Below, one piece after another: positions 37,232 to 47,924 of a stretch of DNA of 64,000 bases (within the stretch, counting starts at the first letter, position 1; each line of letters opens with the position of its first letter). The position numbers and the translations under genes are program-made. Source of the stretch: Pseudomonadota bacterium (lineage in GTDB: Bacteria > Bdellovibrionota_C > UBA2361 > OMII01); assembly GCA_039799965.1 (NCBI GenBank), contig JBDLRS010000092.1, positions 3,108 through 67,107 on the forward strand, written 5' to 3'. Under the pieces are notes generated by a model. The model did no database searches. It saw only the letters and a program-made list of their open reading frames with translations, and was not told the origin of the DNA.

Positions 37232-39364
37232 ATGTCCGGCAACGGAGGTGTCGACCCCACCCTTATGCTGTTGCGCCCAATCGTTCACCACAATCTCGCG
37301 CCGTTCATCGCGTTGATATGCATAGCGATGTGCGCCACCACCTCGTTCGCCGCCGACCGTTATGTGTATCCGGGCGCGATCGTTCGAGCATCGAAGCGAA
37401 CAAGCGCCTTCTCCGCCGTTGACTCACGATTTGGGGGAATGAAAGCGGATCAGAATTTGAAGATCGAGAAGATCGCCTCTGGGGTCCTTCACATCACCGA
37501 AAGAGGACGTAGCGGCCTGCTCCTGATGGCTGCAGGCTCTGAGAAACCTCTCCCATACGTGCGGGGGAAGGACATCTGTCGAAAGGCTGCGTTTCGGCGG
37601 CTCAAAGCGAAAGCTGGTGGCCATCTATCCTGCTCACCGAACTGGGCCGTATTCGCCGATCTCATCCCTAACGATACCTTCTATCCGCAGCAGTACGCAC
37701 CAGGACTTATACAACTTCCGACAGCGTGGGAAACCACCGTTGGATCGAACGCGCAGATAGTCGTCGTCATCGATACCGGTGTCGATTATAACCACCCTGA
37801 CCTTGTGAGTAACATCTGGAGAAATCCAGGCGAGGTCGCCGCAAACGGCTTGGACGACGACGGCAACGGCTACGTCGATGACGTCTACGGTATCAACGCG
37901 ATCACCAACACCGGCGATCCCATGGATGATCACGGCCACGGGACCCACGTCGCCGGAATTATCGGCGCGAAGGGAAATAACAACATGGGAATCGCCGGCG
38001 TTTCGTGGGAGTCGAAGATCATTGCGGCGAAATTTTTGGACTCGAACGGTAGTGGCAGCACCGCGAACGCGATCAAAGCGGTAACCTACGCTACAGCCCT
38101 CAAGCGCGCGGGCCGCAATATCACCGTCACGAATAATTCGTGGGGTGGATCCTCCTACTCAACAGCGCTCGCAGCCGCTATCGCCGACGCCAGTAGCGCT
38201 GGGATCCTCTTCGTAGCCGCCGCCGGAAACAACGGCTCCAACAACGACACGTCTCCCCAATACCCAGCAAATTACCCCAGCGCAAACGTAATCTCGGTCG
38301 GATCCGTCGATTCGAGCACGGCGCTCTCCTCCTTCTCTAACTATGGTGAGCAGACGGTTCATATAGCCGCTCCCGGTGGAAGTATCGCCAGCACCATGAT
38401 TAATGGTGGCTACGTCTACATGAGCGGCACCTCAATGGCGGCGCCCATTGTCTCAGGTGTGGCTCTTCTCGCCCAAGCGCGGTGCTCAGGAACGCTCCCA
38501 ATGACCATTCTGCGGAGCTCGGTCGTTAATACCGGTACCGTTCTTGCCGCACTCGCCGGTAAGGTCGCCTCAGCTTCTGTGGTGAACGCCGCTCAGGCGA
38601 TTACGATCGCGGCGCAACTGTGCGCCCCTACGGCAACCCCGACTCGAGCGCCGACAGGTATCATACCCGCGACATCGACACCAACACCCGTGCCCGAATC
38701 CACATCAATGCCGACAATGACCCCTCAGACTCCAACGCCGACACCGATAGGAGAGCCGATTATCGTCCCGCCATCACCTACCCCAACGGCGACGGTAACC
38801 GCGACACCGACGCGGATACCAACTGTGACGCCCACCGCTACCCGAACACTAACCGTAACCCCTACCCGAACACCGAGACCAACGGCATCTCCGACCCGCA
38901 CAAAAACCCCCACCCCACCCCCAACCGCAACCCCGATCCGACGCAAGATCGCTCGAAGTTTTTCCGTTACTCCACCAACGGGAGTTAAAATGGGCTCAAA
39001 CCTCACCATGAACTTCTTGGGGCTCAAGGGAACTCTGACCCGCATCACGGTCGGTTTGACCAATCACGCATCAACGAGCACGTACCTCTGCCCGACACTC
39101 CGCTTCTGGATGCCAAGCACCGGAACAGCGACCATAACGGCGAGCATACCGAGCGAGATATCCTACTTTAAACGGATGGTTTTCATCGCCACTATGGAGA
39201 ACTGGGGAGCCTCCCAGTGGTCTTCGACGAGCGGAGAGATCTCCAATCCGGCAACATCCTCGAAAGCCGCCACAGTGTGCAACGCCTTTACCCGATCCAT
39301 CCAAAGATTCCAGGCCTCCGTGCGCGCCGCGGCGCGAAGCGAGCGCCGGTTGTCAAAGAGCTAA
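37232..39364 (+). CDS. Secreted S8 subtilisin-like serine protease with Pro/Thr-rich linker
   Basis: Catalytic triad motifs VIDTG, HGTHVAG, GTSMAAP; signal peptide; (TPT)n linker at about 38630-38940. Confidence 0.93.
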   Translation: MSGNGGVDPTLMLLRPIVHHNLAPFIALICIAMCATTSFAADRYVYPGAIVRASKRTSAFSAVDSRFGGMKADQNLKIEKIASGVLHITERGRSGLLLMAAGSEKPLPYVRGKDICRKAAFRRLKAKAGGHLSCSPNWAVFADLIPNDTFYPQQYAPGLIQLPTAWETTVGSNAQIVVVIDTGVDYNHPDLVSNIWRNPGEVAANGLDDDGNGYVDDVYGINAITNTGDPMDDHGHGTHVAGIIGAKGNNNMGIAGVSWESKIIAAKFLDSNGSGSTANAIKAVTYATALKRAGRNITVTNNSWGGSSYSTALAAAIADASSAGILFVAAAGNNGSNNDTSPQYPANYPSANVISVGSVDSSTALSSFSNYGEQTVHIAAPGGSIASTMINGGYVYMSGTSMAAPIVSGVALLAQARCSGTLPMTILRSSVVNTGTVLAALAGKVASASVVNAAQAITIAAQLCAPTATPTRAPTGIIPATSTPTPVPESTSMPTMTPQTPTPTPIGEPIIVPPSPTPTATVTATPTRIPTVTPTATRTLTVTPTRTPRPTASPTRTKTPTPPPTATPIRRKIARSFSVTPPTGVKMGSNLTMNFLGLKGTLTRITVGLTNHASTSTYLCPTLRFWMPSTGTATITASIPSEISYFKRMVFIATMENWGASQWSSTSGEISNPATSSKAATVCNAFTRSIQRFQASVRAAARSERRLSKS

Positions 39365-39538
39365 TGCCCCTCCAGCGAAAGATCGTAGCTTACTTTTCGG
39401 CACCTCGGTGTTCTCGGATCGTACTCATTTTCCACCGGCGTGCCGGACACCGGAACATGAGTAGCAACGAGCAGCAAACGAGCAGCAACGAGCAGAAGCA
39501 CGAGGAAAAGACTTAATTATGCGGGGTAAGGAGAATCG

Positions 39539-39614
39539 TGGTGGACCTGCAGAGATTCGAACTCTGGACCCCCAGCTTGCAAGGCTGATGCTCTACCAAC
39601 TGAGCTACAGGCCC
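39539..39614 (-). tRNA. tRNA-Ala(TGC)
   Basis: GGGCCTGTAGCTCAG...CTTGCAA...GTTCGAA...GGTCCACCA; G3:U70 pair; encoded CCA. Confidence 0.97.
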
Positions 39615-39700
39615 ACGATTGATTGGTGCGCAGCATATTATGGAGAGTGCTCTACAAAGTCCATCCTTCGACCTCAACTATTTGAGGTGTCTGGATGATT

Positions 39701-39777
39701 TGGTGGGCCTGGGTAGACTCGAACTACCGACCTCACGCTTATCAGGCGTGTACTCTAACCAGCTGAGCTACAGGCCC
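39701..39777 (-). tRNA. tRNA-Ile(GAT)
   Basis: GGGCCTGTAGCTCAGCTGGTTAGAG...CTGATAA...GTTCGAG...GGCCCACCA. Confidence 0.97.
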
Positions 39778-40078
39778 ATCTCCGCTGCGGAGTGGGAAGG
39801 TAGATGCTACACGCCGAAGTGTCAAGCTAAGGGGCCACCCTTCCTCTCATTTTTCCGAGACCTCTCTAACTTTCAACCATCGCTCACCAAAAAACCCTCT
39901 TGCCGGATAGGGCATCTAAAGAGAAGGAGGGCAGAGAACAATCTGTTCTCACAATTGGTAAGTAGCCGATTATACTCGACTAGCTGGGGTTTTTCCTTGC
40001 GCAATCTACGAGAGATCCGGATACTTATAGATAGGTACCTACTAGTGACACGTGCATAACGATTACAGCGTTTACCCC

Positions 40079-40594
40079 ATGTCCTCTGTACTACTTCTCA
40101 GCGCCTCCTACGAACCCTTAAAGGTTATCTCCTGGCAGAACGCCGTCGGACTCTTTTTCCTCGGCAAGGTCGAGATCATAGAGGAGTACGACCACCACAT
40201 CCGGTCCGTGTCGATGGCGATTAAAGCCCCTGCGGTTGTCAGGTTACTACGATTTTTCCGTGTCGGCCGACGCTCCCCTCCCCTTTCTCGGGCGAACGTG
40301 TTGGCGAGAGATGGGTTTCGGTGTCAGTATTGCAACCTTGAGATGACCACCAAGGAAGCGACCCTCGATCACGTGATACCGCGGAGTCAGGGAGGCAAAA
40401 CGACCTGGGAGAATATCGTGTGCGCGTGCGCTACGTGTAACAGGAGGAAGGGTGGCCGAACTCCGAAGGAGGCTCACATGAAGCTCCTCTCGAAACCGGT
40501 GAAGCCCGATTGGCTCCCCGTACTGAATGTGAAGTTTCATGGAAACGTCCCCGAAGCGTGGCAGATCTTCCTACAACCATCAGCGAAGTCGTAG
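40079..40594 (+). CDS. HNH endonuclease
   Basis: VLLL.A.YEP, RDGFRCQYC, TLDHVIPRS.GG..TWEN.V.AC..CN.RKG. Confidence 0.92.
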   Translation: MSSVLLLSASYEPLKVISWQNAVGLFFLGKVEIIEEYDHHIRSVSMAIKAPAVVRLLRFFRVGRRSPPLSRANVLARDGFRCQYCNLEMTTKEATLDHVIPRSQGGKTTWENIVCACATCNRRKGGRTPKEAHMKLLSKPVKPDWLPVLNVKFHGNVPEAWQIFLQPSAKS

Positions 40595-41927
40595 CGACGC
40601 TGAGGCACACCTGCGCCACCTTATCGAGCGCCCCCCCCTTCAAACGCTCATAGCCGCGCTCTCTCCAGCGGAGATCTACCTGGTTGGCGGCTCAGTACGA
40701 GACTCCTTTCTCACCACCGCCGATACGGACCTCGATCTCGCGACCTCGCTGACAGCGCTTGAAATTAAAGAGCGGTGCGACAAACGTGGCATCCGGATCA
40801 TAGAGACGGGAATCCAACACGGAACGGTACTCGCGGTTATCGATGAAGTTCACATCGAGGTCACCACCTTTCGCGTTCCGAGCTCGCGCGACGCGCACAC
40901 GACGGCGCGTGATATCGCGACCGACCTCTCCGGTCGTGACTTCACCATCAACGCGCTCGCCTTTGACGTCGCCTCACAGCAGTTTATCGATCCATTTGAT
41001 GGACTCTCCGATCTTGAGGGACGGATCCTACGCGGCGTCGGCTCCGCCGAAGAGCGTTACATTGAAGATCCCTTACGCATCCTTCGCATGATCCGTTTCG
41101 GCGACGCACAGGGGCGCACCATCGAGGCATCCACCCTAGCGGCGGCAAAGAAGCAGGCCGCTCTTCTCGCCAACGTCAGTCACGAGCGGATTAAGAGTGA
41201 GCTCGATAAGATACTCCTATCCCCCTTGCCTCACCTCGGCATCCGAAAGATCCATGAAATCGGAGCGCTCCCGTACACGATCCCGGAGCTGATCCCCTCA
41301 GTCGGCTTTGATCAAAACAAGTTTCATATCCACGATGTCTTCGAGCACACCTTATGGGTTCTTGAGCGAACACCTCAGGACCTCATCTTGCGATGGTCCG
41401 CGATCTTCCACGACATCGGCAAACCGCACACCCTCTCGGTCGACCCTGATGGAGGTCGCCACTTCTACTCGCACGAGACTGTGAGTGAAACCCTCTCTAA
41501 GAAGCGAATGAAGGAGCTTCGGTTCTCAACTGACGATTCTCGCGCTATCGCGTCGATCGTGCGTCACCATATGCGTCCACTCGACTGCGGCGCGCCCGGG
41601 GTTCGTCGCATTATTCGGGACCTTGGACCTCAGCTTGCCCAGTGGCGCCAATTCAAAGCGGCGGACTCTCCTCCTACCTTTACAGACGAGGAGTTTCAAA
41701 CGGTAGCAGGCCGCTTCGACCAACTCCTTTCAACTGAGCTCGCGAAGATGTCGGGCCCCTCCTATGGCAAGCTCGCTATCAACGGAGAAGATCTCAAAGT
41801 GCTTGGAGTGCAACCGGGGCCTCAGATGGGTAAGCTTATTAAGGAGCTTGAAGATCTCGTCATCGAAGATCCGACAGCGAACACTATCGAAAACTTGCTG
41901 ATCGAGGCCAAAAGGCGAATACAGTAG
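40539..41927 (+). CDS. tRNA nucleotidyltransferase / poly(A) polymerase family with HD domain
   Basis: VGGSVRD, DLDLAT, EVTTFR, RDFTINAL, EDPLRILR, FHDIGKP. Confidence 0.92.
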   Translation: METSPKRGRSSYNHQRSRSDAEAHLRHLIERPPLQTLIAALSPAEIYLVGGSVRDSFLTTADTDLDLATSLTALEIKERCDKRGIRIIETGIQHGTVLAVIDEVHIEVTTFRVPSSRDAHTTARDIATDLSGRDFTINALAFDVASQQFIDPFDGLSDLEGRILRGVGSAEERYIEDPLRILRMIRFGDAQGRTIEASTLAAAKKQAALLANVSHERIKSELDKILLSPLPHLGIRKIHEIGALPYTIPELIPSVGFDQNKFHIHDVFEHTLWVLERTPQDLILRWSAIFHDIGKPHTLSVDPDGGRHFYSHETVSETLSKKRMKELRFSTDDSRAIASIVRHHMRPLDCGAPGVRRIIRDLGPQLAQWRQFKAADSPPTFTDEEFQTVAGRFDQLLSTELAKMSGPSYGKLAINGEDLKVLGVQPGPQMGKLIKELEDLVIEDPTANTIENLLIEAKRRIQ

Positions 41928-42160
41928 ACAACACGCCGTTCCAACTCTATTTTGGCTCATCCTGGAATGGTGTAGGTGCCAACGTGCACAGAGGTAACGT
42001 AAGCCCTGATTTTTGCGTATAAATAGCGCATTTCCACGTGAACGTGCTCGTGCACGTCGGAATAACACCGAGCCCTACCCACTCGATTTCACGAAGACCC
42101 TCTATTTTTACCGCATACAACTATTTGACCTACCTCCCCGGGGTCATTATCCTACACCGA

Positions 42161-42673
42161 ATGAAGCTAGCTCGTGTGATCCTCTCGAAGTCGACCCTAG
42201 TGGCGATCGTGGCCATCGCCGCGCTCATCGCGTTTAACACCCTCTCCCACAATCTTGAAAGCGAGCAGCTCGCCTCATTCAACGAGTGGTATCCCCAGGC
42301 GGCGCTCGCCTTAGAGAGTAGAAATCCTGAGGACGCCAGCAAGTCGAAGCTTCAGGTGACGATTCAGGTGAATGGTAGATTAAGTAGCTCAACCTTTACC
42401 TTTCCATCGCGTTCCCTCGCTGACGCGAATGACCGCGCACAAACAGCCCGAGTACTGCAACTTCTTAAAGAGTCAAAGGCGTTCGGCATTCCTCAGTCCT
42501 CTGGCAAGAAGGAATCTCGGGTCACCATTACCGTAAACGATGAAGCCGGCTCATTCTCCACCACGATCGATGCCGACGCGGTTCAACATAACATCCAACT
42601 TCAGAACCTCTTAAAGCTCCTGGAGGTGTACGCCGCGACCCCTCAACAACCCGTTAACCCAACACAACTGTAG
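42161..42673 (+). CDS. Exported/membrane-anchored hypothetical protein
   Basis: N-terminal hydrophobic segment after MKLAR; ends 6 bp before the next gene. Confidence 0.6.
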   Translation: MKLARVILSKSTLVAIVAIAALIAFNTLSHNLESEQLASFNEWYPQAALALESRNPEDASKSKLQVTIQVNGRLSSSTFTFPSRSLADANDRAQTARVLQLLKESKAFGIPQSSGKKESRVTITVNDEAGSFSTTIDADAVQHNIQLQNLLKLLEVYAATPQQPVNPTQL

Positions 42674-42679
42674 AACGCT

Positions 42680-43267
42680 ATGAAGACGAGAGACGAAGCG
42701 CTTGCGCTATTGCACGAGTACACAAAATCCCAAAGTCTGATCAACCACGCGCACACCGTCGAGGCGTGTATGCGGTGGTACGGAGACTATTTCGCGAAGC
42801 AAGGTGAAACGGTCGACCTCGAGATGTGGGGCAACACCGGACTTCTGCACGACTTCGACTACGAGATCTTCCCTGATCCTGTGAGTCCGAACGGGCACCC
42901 TTTCAAGGGATGTTCGATCCTCGCGGAGCTTGGATACCCCGAGATCATGCAGCGAGCGATCCTCGGCCATGCGCTCTATTCGAACGTACCCCGCGATACC
43001 TTGATGGCGAGGGTTCTCTTCGCCGTTGACGAACTCTCAGGCCTCATCACCGCGAGCGTGCTCGTACGTCCCGATAAATCGATCTTCAACCTTGAAGTAA
43101 AATCGGTGATGAAGAAGTTTAAAGATAAAGCGTTCGCTCGTGGATGTAATCGTGACGATATCCGCCTCGGGGCCGAGGAGCTTGGTATTCCCCTTGATCA
43201 GCATACCGCAAACTGCATCGAGGCGATGAAGCCCCTCGCGCAGCAGCTGTTCGGAGTTGGCTGCTAA
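42680..43267 (+). CDS. HD/HDIG domain hydrolase
   Basis: SL..H...VE, GLLHDFDYE, H, DELSG, KKFK.KAFA.G.NR. Confidence 0.88.
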   Translation: MKTRDEALALLHEYTKSQSLINHAHTVEACMRWYGDYFAKQGETVDLEMWGNTGLLHDFDYEIFPDPVSPNGHPFKGCSILAELGYPEIMQRAILGHALYSNVPRDTLMARVLFAVDELSGLITASVLVRPDKSIFNLEVKSVMKKFKDKAFARGCNRDDIRLGAEELGIPLDQHTANCIEAMKPLAQQLFGVGC

Positions 43268-43396
43268 CTGCGACTATCTCTTTCTCTCAGGGAACGCAGG
43301 AACGCACCCTATTGAAGAACTTGGCAGCTTCCGCGTGGCGGCGGATAAAAGCGTGGTATTCACCGTGCGACAAGCTGTGAAGGTTTCACCACTCTG

Positions 43397-44665
43397 CTAA
43401 CCGTTCTCTCTAAGTCGCGGGACCAAAAACAGAAGTGTACTCGTCCCGATCGCGAGGATCAACGGCGCCGTTCGTAGCGTCACATCGGGGCCTGTGAGAG
43501 CGCTCAGGGTGACTACCGCGCCGACTCCCACGATCCGCCCCAGATTCAGAAAGAGCTCTCGGTCAACGATGTACGGGTACTGTCCAGACGAGTCCTCCTG
43601 ATCAGCGTTTATAACATCGAATATAATTGGGTTGGCGGCTATCCAGAGAAGTTGAACACCCAGCGTTTCAAGGATCAAGTATACCAGTGCACCCACATGG
43701 GAATACGACACAGACAGCGTCAACGCTCCCATGACCATAGCAGATATCCCCCACCCGAGCACACTACCGCGATTCGCAACCTTCATTCGAGCCGCAACGA
43801 CATAGAGGGCAACGCCTGTAAAAAGCATGGATAGTGACTGAGTAAGCCCGACAGCAGCCTCCTGCCCCACGAGACGCAAAATGATTAAAGTAGGAATGAA
43901 CATTCCCGAGCCCTCTGCAATACCCTTCACCGCCATAAAAATGCGAGCTCGAGTCCACAACGCGCTCGCGCGTCTCATAAGTATTGTTCGAGGAGAATAG
44001 TCGTCAAATCCCGACCGAACGATATACCAAGCACCAACAAGCTGCACGGCGAGCGTAACAAACGCAAGAAGCCTATATCGCTCGAATACCTCTGTATGAT
44101 TGCCACTAAGTCCAAGCTCAAGGAACAAGCCCAACACAAACGGACTGAGCACGGCGAGTAGCGTGCCAATAGCGCTCTCTAGCCCGCAGAAGTAGTTCCG
44201 TCCCTCTCCCTCGGTAACCTGCAAAATCAGGAGATTTCGGTTAGACCAGTAGATTCCGGCTGCCAATCCAGAAATAACTCCAAAGGTCAGCATCTCCACG
44301 AGCCCCACACTCTGGAGTCCAAAAAGCAACAAACACGAGACTGACTGAATAACCAGTCCGATGGCGTACAGCCACGAAAGTTGCATAGCGCGAAGGAGAT
44401 ATCCGTTAAGGATGAAAGATAGCGCCACCCCAGCCATCCACGCGCCGTTGAACAGCGTAACCAAGACCAGATCCTGACTCTGACGCCAGAGAAACGCGTT
44501 TGTGAAGAGCGTCAAGAGAGGAGCCGCTACACCAAAGGCTATAAACGACACCAACAACGAGCGAGCTGGCTCCGGTAAACTGGCGAAACGCTCCCGCTCC
44601 CCTCGCAGTACACTCATGAGCATGGCGTTCTCTCCGACAAAATTGCGTTCAGACCAGCAAAACAA
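43397..44665 (-). CDS. MFS transporter
   Basis: About 12 hydrophobic helices; G.YW..RN motif; RE.FLN.GR. Confidence 0.8.
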   Translation of the reverse strand: MFCWSERNFVGENAMLMSVLRGERERFASLPEPARSLLVSFIAFGVAAPLLTLFTNAFLWRQSQDLVLVTLFNGAWMAGVALSFILNGYLLRAMQLSWLYAIGLVIQSVSCLLLFGLQSVGLVEMLTFGVISGLAAGIYWSNRNLLILQVTEGEGRNYFCGLESAIGTLLAVLSPFVLGLFLELGLSGNHTEVFERYRLLAFVTLAVQLVGAWYIVRSGFDDYSPRTILMRRASALWTRARIFMAVKGIAEGSGMFIPTLIILRLVGQEAAVGLTQSLSMLFTGVALYVVAARMKVANRGSVLGWGISAMVMGALTLSVSYSHVGALVYLILETLGVQLLWIAANPIIFDVINADQEDSSGQYPYIVDRELFLNLGRIVGVGAVVTLSALTGPDVTLRTAPLILAIGTSTLLFLVPRLRENG

Positions 44666-44686
44666 GCCGATCTTTGAACGACCCTG

Positions 44687-47374
44687 CTAGGAGTGCGGCA
44701 ACACGTTCACGAGCCGTGGAATCTTCGTTCCGGTACTAAATACCGTAATGAATCGGTCCCCTGGCCCAACCTTGTAGGCGGTGCCGGCCATCGCCTCGAT
44801 AACCTTAGCCTTAAGGTCAGCTTCGGCGATGGAAGGAGACACCTCGACGGTCGCTCGCTTCTTGCCACCGATCTGGATAACCACCGTAACAACATCGTCC
44901 TGCACGAGTGCCGGATCAAACGTCGGCCAGGGCGAAAGGCTCGCGGCCTCCGTGTGACCTAAGCGCTCCCACAACTCCTCAGCGAGGTGCGGGGCAAACG
45001 GGCAGAGGACAGCCACGAATTTCTCAAGGGTATCCCTCGATACCGGCTTATCGCCAACAGTATTGAGGAACTCCATCATCGTTGAAATAGGAGTGTTGAA
45101 GCGCAGGCCCTCAAGGTCCTCACCGATCTTCTTTACGACCTTGTGAATAGCTCGGCGATTCTCTTCGGCCTCTACCTCGACGGCGACTGTCTCGCGAACT
45201 CCACTCTCAGCGCCGCCGGTCACGAAGGTGAAGGCACGACGAAGGAATCGGTGGTTACCGTTGATGGCCTTTGAATCCCACGGACGTGAAGCCTCAAGGG
45301 GCCCCATGAACATAAGATACGTACGAAGTGTATCAGCACCGTACTGCTTCACCACCGCGTCAGGATTAATCACGTTCTTGAGTGACTTCGACATCTTCGC
45401 CACGATTCGCTCAAGCTTCTCGCCCGTCTGCGTATGCGTGAAGGACCCATCAGACTCCTCTTTGACGAGATCAACTGACACGAGCGCTCCACGTGTATCC
45501 TTAAAGGCGTGGGATTGAATCATCCCCTGGTTAAAGAGCTTCTTGAACGGCTCCTTGGTTGAGACCTTACCAAGATCGTAGAGTACCTTGTGCCAGAATC
45601 GTGAGTAGAGAAGGTGCAACACCGCGTGCTCCGCGCCACCGACGTAGAGATCAACCGGCATCCACTTCTTCTCAAGAGCTGGATCCCACGCCGCGCCCGG
45701 GTTCTTCGGATCGATAAATCGGAGGTAGTACCAACACGAACCGGCCCACTGAGGCATCGTGTTCGTCTCGCGCTTGCCCTTCTTGCCGGTCTTCGGGTCG
45801 GTGACGTAGAGCCAATCGGTAGCCTTAGCCAGCGGAGACTCTCCACCCTCTGATGGCTTGTAATCCTCAACCTTCGGCAAGAGAAGGGGCAACTCGCTCG
45901 GCGAGAGCGAGGTCGATGTTCCATCCTCCCAGTGAATAACAGGGATCGGCTCCCCCCAGTAACGCTGGCGGGAGAAGAGCCAGTCGCGGAGTTTGTAGTT
46001 CACTTTGCGCCGCCCAAGACGATTGTCGACTATGTAATCGATGACTGTCTGTCGCCCTTCATACCATCTCATACCCTTAGCGGGTGCGGGCGATTGGAGA
46101 ATCCCATTCGGTTCTCGGTAGAAAATCTCAAATTTTTCAACCTTTTCAGACTGCTCAGGATCCTCCGGTAGCAACGCGATTTTCAGCGGGATAGAGTACT
46201 TCTTAGCGAATTGGAAATCACGTTCGTCGTGCGCGCTACAGTTGACGATTCCTGTTCCATAATCGGCGACTACATAGGAGGCGATCCAGATCGGCAAATC
46301 ACCGGACCCAAAGGGGTTATCAACATATCGGCCTGTGAATATACCCTCCATATCCTGATCGAAGTCGTACTTGCGTGACAGTTTCTTCGCTTTTAGGTAA
46401 TCGACGAATTCGAGAACTTCTTTCTCTCGGTCTGTTCCTCGCACCAGAGTCGGCACCAACACATGATCGGGTGCTATAACGGTGAATGTCTGAGCCAAGA
46501 AAGTTTGCGGAATTGAATCATAGACTTCAAACTCTATATTCAAATCCTTTATACGCTGCTTAAAGTTTACCCCCTCACTTCTCCCGATCCAGTTTCGCTG
46601 TTGCTCCTTGATAGCCTCCGGCCAGTCAACCTCCTCTAGCTCAGAGAGAAGACGCTCAGAATACTTAGTAATTCGCATCATCCACTGCTTCATCGGCTTG
46701 CGGACAACGTCGTGACCGCCTCGCTCAGATTTGCCGTCGATAACCTCTTCATTGGCTAATACTGTCCCGAGCGCAGGGCACCAGTTTACCATCGCGTCAG
46801 CGTAGTACGCGAGACGGTGCTGAGCCTGGTACGCTTGAACCGCGACCTCTCCCTGCTTCGCTATCTCAGCTGGAATCGGAAGCTCCTCTATCGGTCGAGC
46901 TTTTTGCGCCGTCTCATCAAAGTACGAATTGTACAGCAGTACGAAGATCCACTGCGTCCACTTGTAGTAGTCCTCATTCGTCGTAGAGATCTCTCGGTCC
47001 CAATCGTACGAGAAGCCGAGATCCTTCATCTGACGCGCGAATGTCTGGCAGTTCTTAGCGGTGATGATTGCTGGATGCTCTCCCGTGTTCACGGCATGCT
47101 GCTCAGCGGGAAGTCCAAAGGCATCCCACCCCATCGGGTGAAGAACGTCGAACCCCTTCATGCGCTTGTAGCGAGAGTAGATGTCAGTGGCGGTGTATCC
47201 GAGAGGATGCCCGATATGAAGACCCGAGCCGGATGGATACGGGAACATGTCGAGCACGTAGACCTTCTCTCGACCGGTATCACTCGTCTTAAAAGTCTCC
47301 TTGCTAGCCCAATAGGTCTGCCACTTTGGCTCAATACTCTTGGGATCGTACGTTGTGGACTCGTTCTCTGACAC
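44687..47374 (-). CDS. leuS: Leucine-tRNA ligase
   Basis: MFPYPSG.GLHIGH, GWDAFGLPAE, DWLFSRQRYWGEP, KMSKS; start set at GTG 47374. Confidence 0.97.
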   Translation of the reverse strand: MSENESTTYDPKSIEPKWQTYWASKETFKTSDTGREKVYVLDMFPYPSGSGLHIGHPLGYTATDIYSRYKRMKGFDVLHPMGWDAFGLPAEQHAVNTGEHPAIITAKNCQTFARQMKDLGFSYDWDREISTTNEDYYKWTQWIFVLLYNSYFDETAQKARPIEELPIPAEIAKQGEVAVQAYQAQHRLAYYADAMVNWCPALGTVLANEEVIDGKSERGGHDVVRKPMKQWMMRITKYSERLLSELEEVDWPEAIKEQQRNWIGRSEGVNFKQRIKDLNIEFEVYDSIPQTFLAQTFTVIAPDHVLVPTLVRGTDREKEVLEFVDYLKAKKLSRKYDFDQDMEGIFTGRYVDNPFGSGDLPIWIASYVVADYGTGIVNCSAHDERDFQFAKKYSIPLKIALLPEDPEQSEKVEKFEIFYREPNGILQSPAPAKGMRWYEGRQTVIDYIVDNRLGRRKVNYKLRDWLFSRQRYWGEPIPVIHWEDGTSTSLSPSELPLLLPKVEDYKPSEGGESPLAKATDWLYVTDPKTGKKGKRETNTMPQWAGSCWYYLRFIDPKNPGAAWDPALEKKWMPVDLYVGGAEHAVLHLLYSRFWHKVLYDLGKVSTKEPFKKLFNQGMIQSHAFKDTRGALVSVDLVKEESDGSFTHTQTGEKLERIVAKMSKSLKNVINPDAVVKQYGADTLRTYLMFMGPLEASRPWDSKAINGNHRFLRRAFTFVTGGAESGVRETVAVEVEAEENRRAIHKVVKKIGEDLEGLRFNTPISTMMEFLNTVGDKPVSRDTLEKFVAVLCPFAPHLAEELWERLGHTEAASLSPWPTFDPALVQDDVVTVVIQIGGKKRATVEVSPSIAEADLKAKVIEAMAGTAYKVGPGDRFITVFSTGTKIPRLVNVLPHS

Positions 47375-47568
47375 AGGCAACCTCACGGGTGATTGAAAGG
47401 CGTTATCCCCACCGACCGGCATATTTTGAATGAAACCAGGGGTCTCAGGAGCGCTAAGTATCTGTTTCTCACCCAATTCTCCAACAGTCAATCATCCCTG
47501 ACGAAAAACCTACCGGCCGAACACTTTACTTAGGCATGATTTTTAGGTACTTATCGTCACCTCACGAC

Positions 47569-47648
<80 letters not shown>

Positions 47649-47924
47649 TTATTTATCCCCTTGGGGACTCCCGGAAACTCATAGGGAGTCCTGAAACATC
47701 CAGAACCGATTCCCTTGTCTCTTCGTGATATTACGAGCTTCTAAACGCTCGGGTCGAATACCCACCAGTCCCCCAAGATACCCCCTATTCCGCGGTGTGA
47801 TGGATGACAAGTGGATGGACCGACTATCCACCGGATCGCCTGGTATAACCTTAGCAGGTAGCAGGATGGTGAAAACTGCTTCTCGCCCCTCGGTTACACA
47901 GGCTCACCGAACACACGAGTCCCC

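Noticed and set aside
38630-38940. Repetitive ACC/CCG-rich DNA
   Set aside because: Encodes the Pro/Thr linker of the subtilase.
39459-39505. Short imperfect ACGAGCAGCA tandem repeats downstream of tRNA-Ala
   Set aside because: Degenerate short tandem repeat without spacers or other support.
39619-40059. 146-aa plus-strand ORF
   Set aside because: Overlaps tRNA-Ile on the opposite strand; spurious.
40079-40594. HNH nuclease next to tRNAs as a sign of a mobile element
   Set aside because: Standalone HNH type embedded among housekeeping genes, with no integrase or att repeats.
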